Part shown: positions 36,330 through 49,250 of the stretch, one piece after another
Layout: every line of letters starts with the position of its first letter
How positions within the stretch are numbered: position 1 is the first letter of the stretch
Made by a program: the position numbers and the translations under genes
Assembly (NCBI GenBank): GCA_035221665.1
Contig: CM069133.1
Span: forward strand, 35,526,001 to 35,590,000
Reading direction: 5' to 3'
Source of the DNA: Okamejei kenojei
Taxonomy: Eukaryota
DNA: 64,000 nt
The notes under the pieces: generated by a model
What the model was told of the DNA's origin: nothing
Database searches by the model: none
Seen by the model: only the letters and a program-made list of their open reading frames with translations

Positions 36330-39178
36330 GTCTCATTGCAATTCGTAACAAGGTGGACGAGTTAAATGTGCAGATAGCTATTAATGACTATGCAATAGTT
36401 GGGATCACTGAGACATGGCTCCAGGGGGGCCAAGGCTGGGAGCTGAACATCCACGGATACTCAATATTCAGGAGAGATAGACAGAAAGGAAAAGGAGGTG
36501 GGGTAGCGTTGCTGGTGAGGGAGGATATTAATGCAATAAAAAGGATGTGGAATCGATATGGGTAGAGCTGCGAAACTCTAAGGGGCAGAAAAGGCTAGTG
36601 GGAGTTGTGTACAGGCTACCAAACAGTAGTAGTGGAGTTGGGGATGCCATCAAACAGGAAATTAGAAATGCGTGCAACAAGGGTAAAACAGTTATAATGG
36701 GTGACGTCAATCTACATATAGATGGGGTGAATCAAATGGGCAGGGGTGCTGAGGAAGAGGATTTCTTGCAATGTGTGCGGGATAGTTTTCTAAATCAACA
36801 TGTAGAGAAACCAACGAGAGAGCAGGCTATTCTAGACTGGGTATTGAGTAATGAGGAAGGGTCTTGTTGTGCGTGGCCTCTTGGGCAAGAGTGAACATAA
36901 TATGATTGAGTTCTTCATTAGGATGGAGAGCGACATAATTAAGTCAGCAACGAGGGTTCTGAACTTAAACAAAGGTAACTTTGAAGGTATGAGACGCGAA
37001 TTGACCGAGATAGACTGGCAAGTGATTATTAAAGGGTTGGCAGTGGATGTGCAATGGAAGGCATTTAAAGACTGCGTGGATGAACTACAACAATGTTCAT
37101 CCCAGTTTGGCAAAATAATAAATCAGGGAAGGTAGTGCATCCATGGATAACAAGGGAAATCAGGGATAGTATAAAAACAAAAGATGAAGCATACAAATTA
37201 GCCAGAAAAGGCAGCCTACCAGAGGGCTGGAAGAAATTCAGAGTTCAGCAGAGGAGGACAAAGGGCTTAATTAGGAAAGGGAAAATAGATTATGAAAGAA
37301 AACTGGCAGGGAACATAAAAACTGACTGCAAAAGCTTTTATAGATATGTGAAGAGAAAGAGATTAGTTAAAACAAATGTAGGTCCCTTGCAGTCAGAAAC
37401 AGGTGAATTGATCATGGGGAACACGGCAGACGAATTGAATAACTACTTTGGTTATGTCTTCACTAAGGAAGACATAAATAATCTGCCGGAAATAGCAGGG
37501 GACCGGGGGTCAAATAAGTTGGAGGAACTGAGTGAAATCCAGGTTAGCCGGGAAGTGGTCTTTTGTGAATTGAATGGATTAAAGGCCGATAAATCCACAG
37601 GGCCAGATAGTCTGCACCCCAGAGTACTCAAGGAAGTAGCCACAGAAATATTGGATGCATTAGTGATAATTTTTCAAAACTCCTTAGAATCTAGAGTAGT
37701 TCGTGAGGATTGGAGGGTAGCTAATGTGACCCCACTTTTTTAAAAAAAGGAGGGAGAGAGAAAACGGGGAATTACAGACCAGTTAGTCTAACATTTGTAG
37801 TGGGGAAACTGCTAGAGTCAGTTATTAAAGATAGGATAGCAGTACATTTGGAAAGTGGTGAAATAATTGGACAAAGTCAGCATGGATGTACGAAAGGTAA
37901 ATGATGTCTGACGAATCTTATAGAATTTTTCGAGGATGTAGCAAGTAGAGTGGATAAGGGAGAACCAGTGGATGTGTTATATCTAGACTTTCAGAAGGCT
38001 TTCGACAAGGTCCCACATAAGAGATTAGTATACAAACTTAAAGCACACGGTATTGGGGGTTCAGTATTGATGTGGATAGATAACTGGCTGGGAGACAGGA
38101 AGCAAAGGGTAGGAGTAAACGGGTTCTTTTCAGAATGGCAGGCAGTGACTAGTGGGGTACTGCAAGGCTCAGTGCTGGGACCCCAGCTATTTACAATATA
38201 TATTAATGATTTGGACGAGGGAATTGAATGCAACATATCCAAGTTTGGGGATGATACTAAGCTGGGGGGTAGTGTTAGGTGTCAGGAGGATGCTAGGAGG
38301 CTGCATGGTGACTTGGATAGGCTGGGTGAGTGGGCAAATGCGTGGCAGAGGCAGTATAATGTGGATAAATGTGAGGTTATCCACGTTGGTGGCAAAAACA
38401 GGAAGGTAGACTATTATCTGAATGGTGGCAAATTTGGAAAAGGGGAGATGCAACGCCACCGGGGTGTCATGGTACACCAATCATTGTGAGTATGCATGCA
38501 GGTCCAGCAGGCTGTGAAGAAAGCAAATGGTATGTTAGCATTCATAGCGAAAGCATTTGAGTATAGGGGCAGGAAGGTTCTACTGCAGTTGTACAGGGTC
38601 TTGGTGAGACCACACCTGGAGTATTACGTGCAGTTTTGGTCTCCAAATCTGTGGAACGACATTCTTGCCATAGAGGGGGTACAGAGAAGGTTCACCAGAC
38701 TGATTCCTGGGATGTCAGGACTTTCATATGAGGAATGACTGGATTAACTTGGCTCGTACTCGCTAGAATTTAGAAGACTGAGGGGGGATCTTATAGAAAC
38801 TTACTAAATTCTTAAGGGGTTAGATAGGCTAGATGCATGAAGATTGTTCCCGATGTTGGGGAAGTCCAGAACAAGGGATCACAGTCTATGAATAAGGGGG
38901 AATTCCTTTAGGACCGAGATGAGGAAAACTTTTTTTCACACAGAGAGTGGTGAGTCTCTGGAATTTTCTGCCACAGAAGGTAGTTGAGACCAGTTCATTG
39001 GCTATATTTAAGAGGGAGTTAGATGTGGCCCTTGTGGCTAAAGGGATCAGGGGGTATGGAGAGAAGGCAGGTACAGGATACTGAGAGTGATGATCAGCCA
39101 TGATCATTTTGAATGGCGGTGCAGGCTCGAAGGGCCGAATGGCCTACTCCTGCACCTATTTGTATGTTTCTATGTTTC
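36330..39178 (+). mobile_element. 5'-truncated CR1 LINE (gene A intron 1)
   Basis: ORF2 from the endonuclease (IVGITETWL) through RT to the tttctatg tail; same family as 40423-44800. Confidence 0.92.
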
Positions 39179-39523
39179 ACTTGCTCCTCTATTAAATAAG
39201 AATGTGATCTGCCCTGCTTTTAACACCAACTCCCCATTTTAACTTGCAACGAACAACATTCCACCCTCTTACCCGTCAAGTGTCCCACTCTGGTTGAGAA
39301 AGCATTGGTTCGCGTGCAATTGTATCCACCTGCTCAGCCGCCGGTTGACCCGCACGGACGTAGTGAAATTTATCATCAAGACCTCATCCCCTCCCTGGCA
39401 AGGGCACTCAGTGAAGGCCAAGACCAGTATATTTCCCATCGCCGACTGACTTCGGTGTGAGCTAAAGTACAGACAGCTAGAGGACTGCAATATGGGATGA
39501 GACGAAGAAGGAAAAACACATTC

Positions 39524-39584
39524 TGTGACCCAGGACTGACCCAGAGAGCAGAACCGATCAGAGACAGAGCCGCAGAGAGCCCAT
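39524..39584 (-). pseudogene. Gene A signal-peptide exon, inactivated
   Basis: Reads MGSLRLCL*SVLLSGSVLGH with TGA at 39560-39558; donor is A|GAATGT where gene B has A|GTGAGT. Confidence 0.85.
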
Positions 39585-40422
39585 CGCCAACGCTTCAGTG
39601 TGGTGTCCACCTCACCGACTGTTGTTTACGTGATGGCACTGAAATACAGAAGTAGCTTAAACTTCCTCTATATTTCCCGTAAACACTCGGGGAATGTTGA
39701 AATTAGAGGCTGGCGGTAAGTGATTTCACACTGACCAAGCACAGACTGGGGGAATCGTTTTGCTGCAAACCTTTACAGTCTGCCTTGGCCTAACTGATCT
39801 CACTGTTGCTGAACAATTTAATTCCTCACATTCGCATACTGACTTTTCTGTCCCGCCCCCCACTGTCATAGTGGGACCAACCCCAGATTGGATAAACAGC
39901 ACCTCATATTTTGCGCAAGGGATGCGTAGGCCTCTATAGAATGGGCCTGGTGGTTAAATAACAGGAAACGGAAGTGTGGTGAATAATCTTCTGCACAAAT
40001 CATCCCGTGGGGAGTACTACACATAAAATAACAAATGTACTAATTTACATAACCCGCTGAGCGGTGTAACTTGTCTTCTGTTCCCAATTTCTTGAGTTGT
40101 TGCGATGTTGTGAAAAATCGTCAGGATTAAGCAAGAATTAATTTAAGGTAGATCAGGGTCAGATTCATGGGTGTTGCTGAATTGCTGAAGATGGACTCGG
40201 CCAAGGAGGGTGGGGGCGGCGGGGCGCAAAGCACAAAGAGGGTTCCGGCAGGGGTGGGTGCTCTGAGAAGAAATAGGGATCATCGGGGCTGTAATGAGTA
40301 CTTTTGTAACTTTGTCGGCGCCAGATACGTGGCGACCATTGCGCACTCTGCATATCGTATGTAAAAACAAATAATTTTATTGTACCTAAACTGGGTCCTT
40401 GTGAGAATAAAGTATTCAGAGG

Positions 40423-43400
40423 CTTACCCAAATCCATAACATTCCATTTGGAGAAGTGGGGTTTTTTTGCGGAAGCCGCTGATTGGTGGAAGAGGACCCG
40501 AGGAAGCAGCTGATTGGGTGCAACCCCGGGTTTACAATTTTACATTTCTGCCTTCTGGGAGTTAGGGATTCTGGGAGTTAGGGATTCTGGGAGTTAGGGA
40601 TTCTGGGAGTTAGGGATTCTGGGAGTTAGGGACTCTGGGAGTTAGGGATTCTGGGAGTTAGGGATTCTGGGAGTTAGGGATTCTGGGAGTTAAGGATTCA
40701 GTATTTAGTAGTAAAGTTTAAAGATATGTTTTTGTGTTTTTTTAATATTTAATACAGAGTAATTTGGGAGTAAGGTATGGCAGTAGAGATTGGCCCCGTG
40801 GTTTGTTCAGCCTGCAACATGTGGGAGATCAGGGAGATGGTCGGTGTCCCTGGTGACTATGTTTGCAGGAAGTGTGTCCAGCTGCAGCTCCTGGCAGACC
40901 GCATTGAACGATTGGAACTGCGGCTGGATTCATACTGGAGCATCCACAATGCGGAGAAAAGTCGTGGATAGCACGTACAGTGAGTTGGTCACACCGCAGG
41001 CAAAAGGTAAGAGGACAAAAAGGGAACGGGTGGCCAATAGCCAGCAAAGCAGTAGGCAGGTAGTGCAGGAGTCCCCTGCGGTCATCTCCCTCCTAAACAG
41101 GTATACCATTTTGGATACTGTTGAGGGAGATGGCTCATCAAGGGAATGCAGCAGCAGCCAAGTTCATGGCACCATGGGTGGCTCTGCAGCACATGAGGGG
41201 GGAAAAAAGAGGGGAAGGGCAATAGTAATAGGGGATTCAATTGTCAGGGGAATAGATAGGCGTTTCTGCGGCCGCAAACGAGACTCCAGGATGGTATGTT
41301 GCCTCCCTGGTGCAAAGGTCATGGATGTCACTGAACGGCTACAGAACATTCTGGAGGGGGAGGGTGAACAGCCAGTTGTTCGTGGTACATGTTGGCACCA
41401 ACGATATAGGTAAAAAAAGGGATGAGGTCCTACAAGGTGAATTGAGGGAGCTAGGAGATAAACTTAAAAGTAGGACCTCAAAGGTAGTAATCTCCGGATT
41501 ACTACCAGTACCACGGGCCAGTCAGAGTAGAAATAGGAGGATATTGCAAATGAATACGTGGCTTGAAAAGTGGTGCAAGGGGGAGGGATTCAAATTTTTA
41601 GGGCACTGGGACCAGTTCTGGGGGAGGTGGGACCGGTACAAACAGGACGGTTTGCACCTGGAATGGAATGGAACCAATGTTCTTGGGGGAATGTTGCTAG
41701 TGCTGTCGGGGAGGATTTAAACTAATGTGGCAGGGGATGGGTACAAGAGCAGAGAGGCAGGTGGGTGTAAAATGAGGGTAGAAGCAATAGGTAGCAAGGT
41801 GAAAAGTAAAAGTGGCAGGCAGACAAAACCAGGGCAAAAATCAAAAAGGGCCACTTTTCAGCAAAATTGTATAAGGGGTAAGTGCGTTGTAAAGACAAGC
41901 CTGAAGGCTTTGTGTCTCAATGCAAGGAGTATTCGTAATAAGGTGGACGAGTAGAACGTGCAGATAGATATTAATGATTATGATATAGTTGGGATCACGG
42001 AGACATGGCTCCAGGGTGATGTAGGCTGGGAGCTGAACATCCAGGGATATTCAATATTCAGGAGGGATAGAGAGAAAGGAAAAGGAGGTGGGGTAGCGTT
42101 GCTGGTTAGAGAGGAGATTAACGCAATGGAAAGGAAGGACATTAGCTTGGAGGATGTGGAATCGGTATGGGTAGAGCTACAAAACACTAAGGGGCAGAAA
42201 ACGCTGGTGGGTGTTGTGTACAGGCCACCTAACAGTAGCAGAGAAGTTGGGGATGGTATCAATCAGGAAATTAGAAATGCGTGCGACAAAGGCAAAACAG
42301 TTATAATGGGTGACTTCAATCTACATATAGATTGGGTTAATCAAATTGGCAGGGGTGCTGAGGAAGAGGATTTTTTGGAATGTATGCGGGATAGTTATCT
42401 AAATCAACATGTAGAGGAACCAACGAGAGAGCAGGCTATTTTAGACTGGGTTTTGAGTAATGAGGAAGGGGTAGTTAGCCGTCTTGTTGTACGTGCCCCC
42501 TTGGGCAAGAGTGACCATAATATGGTTGAGTTCTTCATTAGGATGGAGAGTGACATTGTTAATTCAGAAACAATGGTTCTGAACTTAAAGAAAGGTAACT
42601 TTGAGGGTATGAGACGTGAATTGGCCAAGATTGACTGGCAATTAATTCTAAAAGGGTTGACGGTGGATATACAAATGGAAGACATTTAAAGACTGCATGG
42701 ATGAACTACAAAAATTGTTCATCCCAGTTTGGCAAAAGAATAAATCGGGGAAGGTAGTGCATCCGTGGATAACAAGGGAAATCAGGGATAGTATCAAAGC
42801 AAAGGATGATGCTACAAAGTAGCCAGAAAAAGCAGCATACCAGAGGACCTGGGAGAAATTCAGAGACCAGCAGAGGAGGACAAAGGGCTTAATTAGGAAA
42901 GGAAAAATAGATTATGAAAGAAAACTGGCAGGGAACATAAAAACTGACTGCAAATGTTTTTATAGATATGTGAAGAGAAAGAGGTTAGTTAAAACAAATG
43001 TAGGTCCCTTGCAGTCAGAAACAGGTGAGTTGATCATGGGGAACAAGGATATGGCGGACCAATTGAATAACTACTTTGGTTCCGTCTTCACTAAGGAAGA
43101 CATAAATAATCTGCCGGAAATAGCAGGGGACTGTGGGTCAAAGGAGGAAGAGTGAAATCCAGGTCAGTCGGAAGTGGTGTTGGGTAAATTGAATAGATTA
43201 AAGGCCGATAAATCCCCAGGGCCAGATAGGCTGCATCCCAGAGTACTTAAGGAAGTAGCTCAGGAAATAGTGGATGCATTAGTGATAATCTTTCAAAACT
43301 CTTTAGATTCATGAGTAGTTCCTGAGGATTGGCGGTAGCAAATGTAACCCCTCTTTTTAAGAAGGGAGGAGAGAGAAAACGGGGAATTACAGACCAATTA

Positions 43401-44800
43401 GTCTAACATCGGTAGTGGGGAAACTGCTAAGAGTCAGTTATTAAAGATGGGATAGCAGCACATTTGGAAAGTGGTGAAATCATTGGACAAAGTCAGCATG
43501 GATTTACGAAAGGTAAATCATGTCTGACGAATCTTGTGGAATTTTTCGAGGATGTAACTAGTAGCGTGGATAAGGGAGAACCAGTGGATGTGGTATATCT
43601 GGACTTCCAGAAGGCTTTCGACAAGGTCCCACATAAGAGATTAGTAATACAAACTTAAAGCATACGGTATTAGGGGTTCAGTATTGATGTGGATAGAGAA
43701 CTGGCTGGCAAACAGGAAGCAAAGAGTAGGAGTAAACGGGTCCTTTTCACAATGGCAGGCAGTGACTAGTGGGGTACCGCAGGGCTCAGTGCTGGGACCC
43801 CAGCTATTTACAATATAATATTAATGATCTGGATGAGGGAATTGAAGGCAATATCTCCAAGTTTGCGGATGACACTAAGCTGGGGGGCAGTGTTAGCTGT
43901 GAGGAGGATGCTAGGAGACTGCAAGGTTGACTTGGATAGGCTGGGTGAGTGGGCAAATGTTTGGCAGATGCAGTATAATGTGGATAAATGTGAGGTTATC
44001 CACTTTGGTGGCAAAAACAGGAAAGCAGACTATTATTTAAATGGTGGCCGATTAGGAAAAGGGGAGATGCAGCGAGACCTGGGTGTCATGGTACACCAGT
44101 CATTGAAAGTAGGCATGCAGGTGCAGCAGGCAGTGAAAAAAGCGAATGGTATGTTAGCTTTCATAGCAAAAGGATTTGAGTACAGGAGCAGGGAGGTTTT
44201 ACTTCAGTTGTACAGGGTCTTGGTGAGACCACACCTGGAGTATTTGCGTACAGTTTTGGTCTCCAAATCTGAGGAAGGACATTATTGCCATAGAGGGAGT
44301 GCAGAGAAGGTTCACCAGACTGATTCCTGGGATGTCAGGACTGTCTTATGAAGAAAGACTGGATAGACTCGGTTTTATACTCTCTGGAATTTAGGAGATT
44401 GAGAGGGGATCTTATAGAAACTTACAAAATTCTTAAGGGGTTGGACAGGCTAGATGCAGGAAGATTGTTTCCCGATGTTGGGGAAGTCCAGGACAAGGGG
44501 TCACAGCTTAAGGATAAGGGGGAAATCCTTTAAGACCGAGATGAGAAATACTTTTTTCACACAGAGAGTGGTGAGTCTCTGGAACTCTCTGCCACAGAGG
44601 GTAGTTGAGGCCAGTTCATTGGCTATATTTAAGAGTGAGTTGGATGTGGCCCTTGTGGCTAAGGGGATCAGAGGGTATGGAGAGAAGGCAGGTACGGGAT
44701 ACTGAGTTGGATGATCAGCCATGATCATATTGAATGGCGGTGCAGGCTCGAAGGGCTGAATGGCCTACTCCTGCACCTAATTTCTATGTTTCTATGTTTC
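40423..44800 (+). mobile_element. Near full-length CR1 LINE (ORF1 esterase and ORF2 EN-RT, frameshifted)
   Basis: ORF1 40777-41720 (CSAC..CRKC, GDSIVR, VGTND, DGLHL), ORF2 about 41900-44705, and a (tttctatg)n tail. Confidence 0.93.
40553..40699 (+). repeat. 16-bp minisatellite (TCTGGGAGTTAGGGAT), about 9 copies, in the CR1 5' UTR
   Basis: Directly visible tandem array. Confidence 0.95.
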
Positions 44801-45229
44801 TATTGTTTCTATCATTATTAAATCATTGGATTAGAAGTAACTGGATGGATTTTAAAGAGAGTTTGATAGAGCTCTGGGGGCAAGTGGGATCAAGGGATAT
44901 GGGGAGAAGGCAGGCACGGGTTATTGATTGGGGCCGATCAACCATGATCACAATGAATGGCGGTGCAGGCTCGAAGGGCCGAATGGCCTCCTCCTGCACC
45001 TATTTTCTATGTTTCTATGAAATTTACTTGATGGAGAAACGCTGTGTGCATAGAATGTGATTTAAACACTTGAGACATCCCGGTCGAACCGGTATTTTTC
45101 TCTCAACCACCAACACCGCACTATCACGTTGCTGATTAAAGGAGGTCGTTGTGCAGAACATTGCGCTGTCAACGTTTTAAAAATCACAGTACTCGTCAGT
45201 CAGTACAAAACAGTCAGTACTATGGGAGT

Positions 45230-45790
45230 CAGTTTCTATTGCAAACCTACTGATTCCCATAGCTATCTAGACTACACTTCTTCCCACCCTGCTTCCTATA
45301 AAGACTTTATACCCTAATCCCAGTTCCTCTGTACAAGCCGCATATACCTCGAGGATGATGGTTTCCATACTGGATCATCGGAGATGTCCTCATTCTATAG
45401 GAAACTGGGGTTCCCCTCTTCTAATATAGACGAGGCACTCACTAGCGCCTCCTCGATACCCCGCAGCTCCGCTCTTGCTCCCCCTCTCCCTATTCGCAAC
45501 AAGGACACAGTCTCCCTTGTCCTCACCTTCCACCCAATCAGCCGTCGATTGCAGCATTAAATCCTCTGACATTATCGCCACCTCCAACGGGATCCCACTA
45601 CTGGCCACATCTTCCAATCTTACTGTCTCCGACTACATTCTACTTCTGTCTCGCCCAGTCACCTGACATCAGTTTGAAGACGGGTCTCCACCCGAAACAT
45701 AATCCATTCCTTATCTTCAGAGATGCTGCCTGTCCCGCTGTGTTACTCCAGCATTTTGTGACTACCTTCGATTCAAACCATAATCTGTAG
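45230..45790 (+). mobile_element. Penelope-like element fragment (RT C-terminus plus LTR-like tail)
   Basis: YCKPTDSHSYLDYTSSHPASYKDFIP..LVLTFHPIS..YRHLQRDPTTGHIF, followed by gaagacgggtctccacccgaaac..agatgctgcctgtcccgctg. Confidence 0.8.
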
Positions 45791-45969
45791 TTTTTTCCGA
45801 CATAATATTATCTGATGGCTGTTAATGGAGATGCCAGAAGAGTACTAGAGATGAACATTAAATGTGGAAGAAAATCAGCGGGACAGGCAGGACCATCGGA
45901 AGGTAATGACCCTTTCAGTTTGAGACCATTCTTCAGCTGCGAAAGGGTCTGGACATGCAGGGAACGTCT

Positions 45970-46245
45970 CAGGGCAGCACAGTGACACAGCCGTAGAGTT
46001 CCTGGATCACGGAGTCAGACCGAGATTTCATTCTGACCAATGGCGTTGTCCGTGCGGAATTTGTACGTTTTTTCTGTGAACGCGTGTTATTTTCACCGGC
46101 TGCTCCGGTTTCCTCTGCACTCCAAAGATGTACAGATTTGTAGGCTAATTAGCTTCGGTAAAAATGTCAAATGTTCCTTGTGTGCTAGTGTACTCAGTTC
46201 AGAATCGGTGGGCCGAAGGGCCTGTTTCCTCCATATATATCTAAC
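45970..46245 (+). mobile_element. HE1-like SINE (diverged)
   Basis: gggcagcacagtgacacagc..gctccggtttcctc..gtaggctaatt..gggccgaagggcctgtttcc. Confidence 0.7.
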
Positions 46246-47211
46246 ATCTAGTCTCTGATCCATCTTCCTGCACAACTTTCCAGAGGGTCGACCGGACGTG
46301 TTCCTCCAGCACGCTGTCCCCCCCCCCCCATCAAGATTCGATCATTTGTAGTCCCATGTATCGCCAAAAGTGGTGCTATTACATAATTACGGCGGCTCAT
46401 ATTAACAGGTCTTGTTGCGTCACCAGGCAGCGTCGAGAGTGGGCCATCGCAGGAGGTTGAGCCCACTGTTCCGGCCACAATGTGCAGCCACCCGTCCTGC
46501 CCGCATTGAAATTCAAGCTGTGTTGGCAACTTCTCAGAAATATATTTGTGTCATCGCTATTAATATCACGACTCGGTTTAATTTCTGTTTTCCCATAGTA
46601 CATAACAGTTTGCGATATTTTCCCGGACTCCTGTCAGTTTAATGTGGATCAGCGATCCGAGTCCTATGATGGATTTAAATGGTGGGGGGAACCTAAGACA
46701 TCCGTGAACTTCAAGGTTGGGCGTCAACGATAGCCGGGATCTGGGGAAGCTAGTGAGGGAACCCGGGTCCATTCATTGCCCTCAGAAAGTGGCGTCTTGC
46801 CCCGTCTGTCACAATGAGGAGGGCAACCGGTCAGATGTGTCACAATGAGAGAAAGAAACGGCCCCGGAAATTTAGAGAGAGGGCATGCGCGGTCCCGGTG
46901 TGATGAGCGGGGGTACTCAGGTAGCGCGTGCCTCAGAGAGTTGGAAGGGACCGCGGAAAACTGTTCCCGGGCTCATTCAAAGGAACATGATGCATTGAAA
47001 CAAACGAAGGTGACGGTTACCTGCGAGTGAGATTCATTGGGATTATCCCTTGAAGCTTTACACTGTACCTCAAAACACGTAGCGACAATAATAAACTAAA
47101 TTAATGTATAATTAATGTGAATGGGTGGTTGATGGTTGGCTCAAACTCGAAGAGCTGGATGACGTTTTTGGGTGCCCTATTTCTCTTTTGGTGTTGCTCC
47201 ATCGTCCTATC

Positions 47212-49250
47212 ATATAGAAACATAGAAACATAGAAAATAGGTGCAGGAGTAGGCCATTCGGCCCTTCGAGCCTGCACCGCCATTCAATATGATCATGGCT
47301 GATTATCCAACTCAGTATCCTGTACCTGCCTTCTCTCCATACCCCCTGATCCCTTTAGCCACAAGGGCCACATCTAACCCCCTCTTAAATATAGCCAATG
47401 AACTGGCCTCAACTACCTTCTGTGGCAGATAATTCCACACTCTCTGTGTGAAAAATGTTTTACTCATCTCGGTCCTAAAGGAATTCCCCCTGATCCTTAG
47501 ACTGTGCCCCCTTGTTCTGGACCTCCCCAACATTGGGAACAATCTTCCTCCATCTAGCCTATCCAACCCCTTAAGAATTTTGTAAGTTTCTATAAGACCC
47601 CCCCCCCCCCCCCCCCCCCCCCCGTTGTCTTCTAAATTCTAGGAGTACAAGCCAAGTCTATCCATTCTTTCCCCATATGAAAGTCCTGACCCATATGAAA
47701 GTCCAGGAATCAGTCTGGTGATTCTCTGTACCTTCTCTGTACCTCTTCTATGGCAAGAATGTATTTTCTCAGATTTGGAGACCAAACCTGTACGCAATAC
47801 ACCAGGTGTGGTTTCACCAAAACCCTATATAACTGCAGTAGAACCTCCCTGCTCCTATACTCAAATCCTTTCGATATGAATGCTAACATACCATTTGCTT
47901 ACTTCACTGCCTGCTGCATCTGCATGCCTACTTTCAATGATTGGTGTACCATGACACCCCGGTCTCGTTGCATCTCCCCTTTTCCTAATTTTCCACCATT
48001 AAGATAATAGTCTACCCTCCTGTTTTGCCACCAAAGTGGATAACGTCACATTTATCCACATTATACTGCATCTGCCATGCATTTTCCCACTCACCCAGCC
48101 TATCCAAGTCACCTTGCAGCCTCCTAGCATCCTCCTCACACCCAACACTACCCCCCAGCTTAGTGTCATCCGCAAACTTGGAGATGTTGCATTCAATTCC
48201 CTCGTCCAAGTCATTAATATATGTTGTAATTAGCTGGGGTCCCAGTACTGAGCCTTGCGATACCCCACTAGTCACTGCCTGCCATTCTGAAAAGGACCCG
48301 TTTACTCCTACCCTTTGCTTCCTGTCTGCCAGCCAGTTTTCTATCCACATCAATACTGAACCCCCAATACGGTGTGCTTTAAGTTTGTATACTAATCTCT
48401 TATGCGGGACCTTGTCAACAGCCTTCTGAAAGTCTAGATATAACACATCCACTGGTTCTCCCTTATCCACTCTGCTAGTTACATCCTCAAAAAATTCTAT
48501 AAGATTCGTCAGACATGATTTATCTTTCGTAAATCCATGCTGACTTTGTCCAATGATTTCACCTCTTTCCAATTGGACTACTATCCCATCTTTAATAACT
48601 GACTAGCAGTTTTCCCACTACCGATGTTAGACTGGCTAGTCTGTAATTCCCCGTTTTTTCTCTCTCTCCTTTTTTTTAAAGTGGGGTTACTTTTGCTACA
48701 CTCCAATCCTCAGGAACTACTCCAGCATCTAAGGAGTTTTCAAAAATTATCACTAATACATCCACTCTTTCTGTGGCTACTTCCTTGAGTAATCTGGGAT
48801 GCAGACTATCTGGCCCTGTGGATTTATCGGCCTTTAATCCATTCAATTTACCCAACACTACTTCTCGGCTAACCTGGATTTCACTCAATTCCTCCACCTT
48901 ATTTGACCCCCGGTCCCCTGCTATTTCCGGCAGATTATGTATGTCTTCTTTAGTGAAGACATATCCAAAGTAGTTATTCAATTGGTCTGCCATGTCCTTG
49001 TTCCCCATGATCATTTTCACCTATTTCTGACTGTAAGGGACCTACAGTTGTTTAAACTAATCTCTTTCTCTTCACATATCTATAAAAACTTTTGCAGTCA
49101 GTTTTATGTTCCCTGCCAGTGTTCTATCATAATCTATTTTCCCTTTCCTAATTAAGCCCTTTGTCCTCCTCTGCTGAACTCTGAATTTTTCCCAGTCCTC
49201 TGGTAGGCTGCTTTTTCTGGCTAATTTGTATGCTTCATCTTTTGTTTTAT
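47212..49250 (-). mobile_element. 5'-truncated CR1 LINE
   Basis: (catagaaa)n tail at the left; RT ORF 48012..48572 (QHGF..SCLTNL..QGSVLGP..FADD). Confidence 0.92.
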
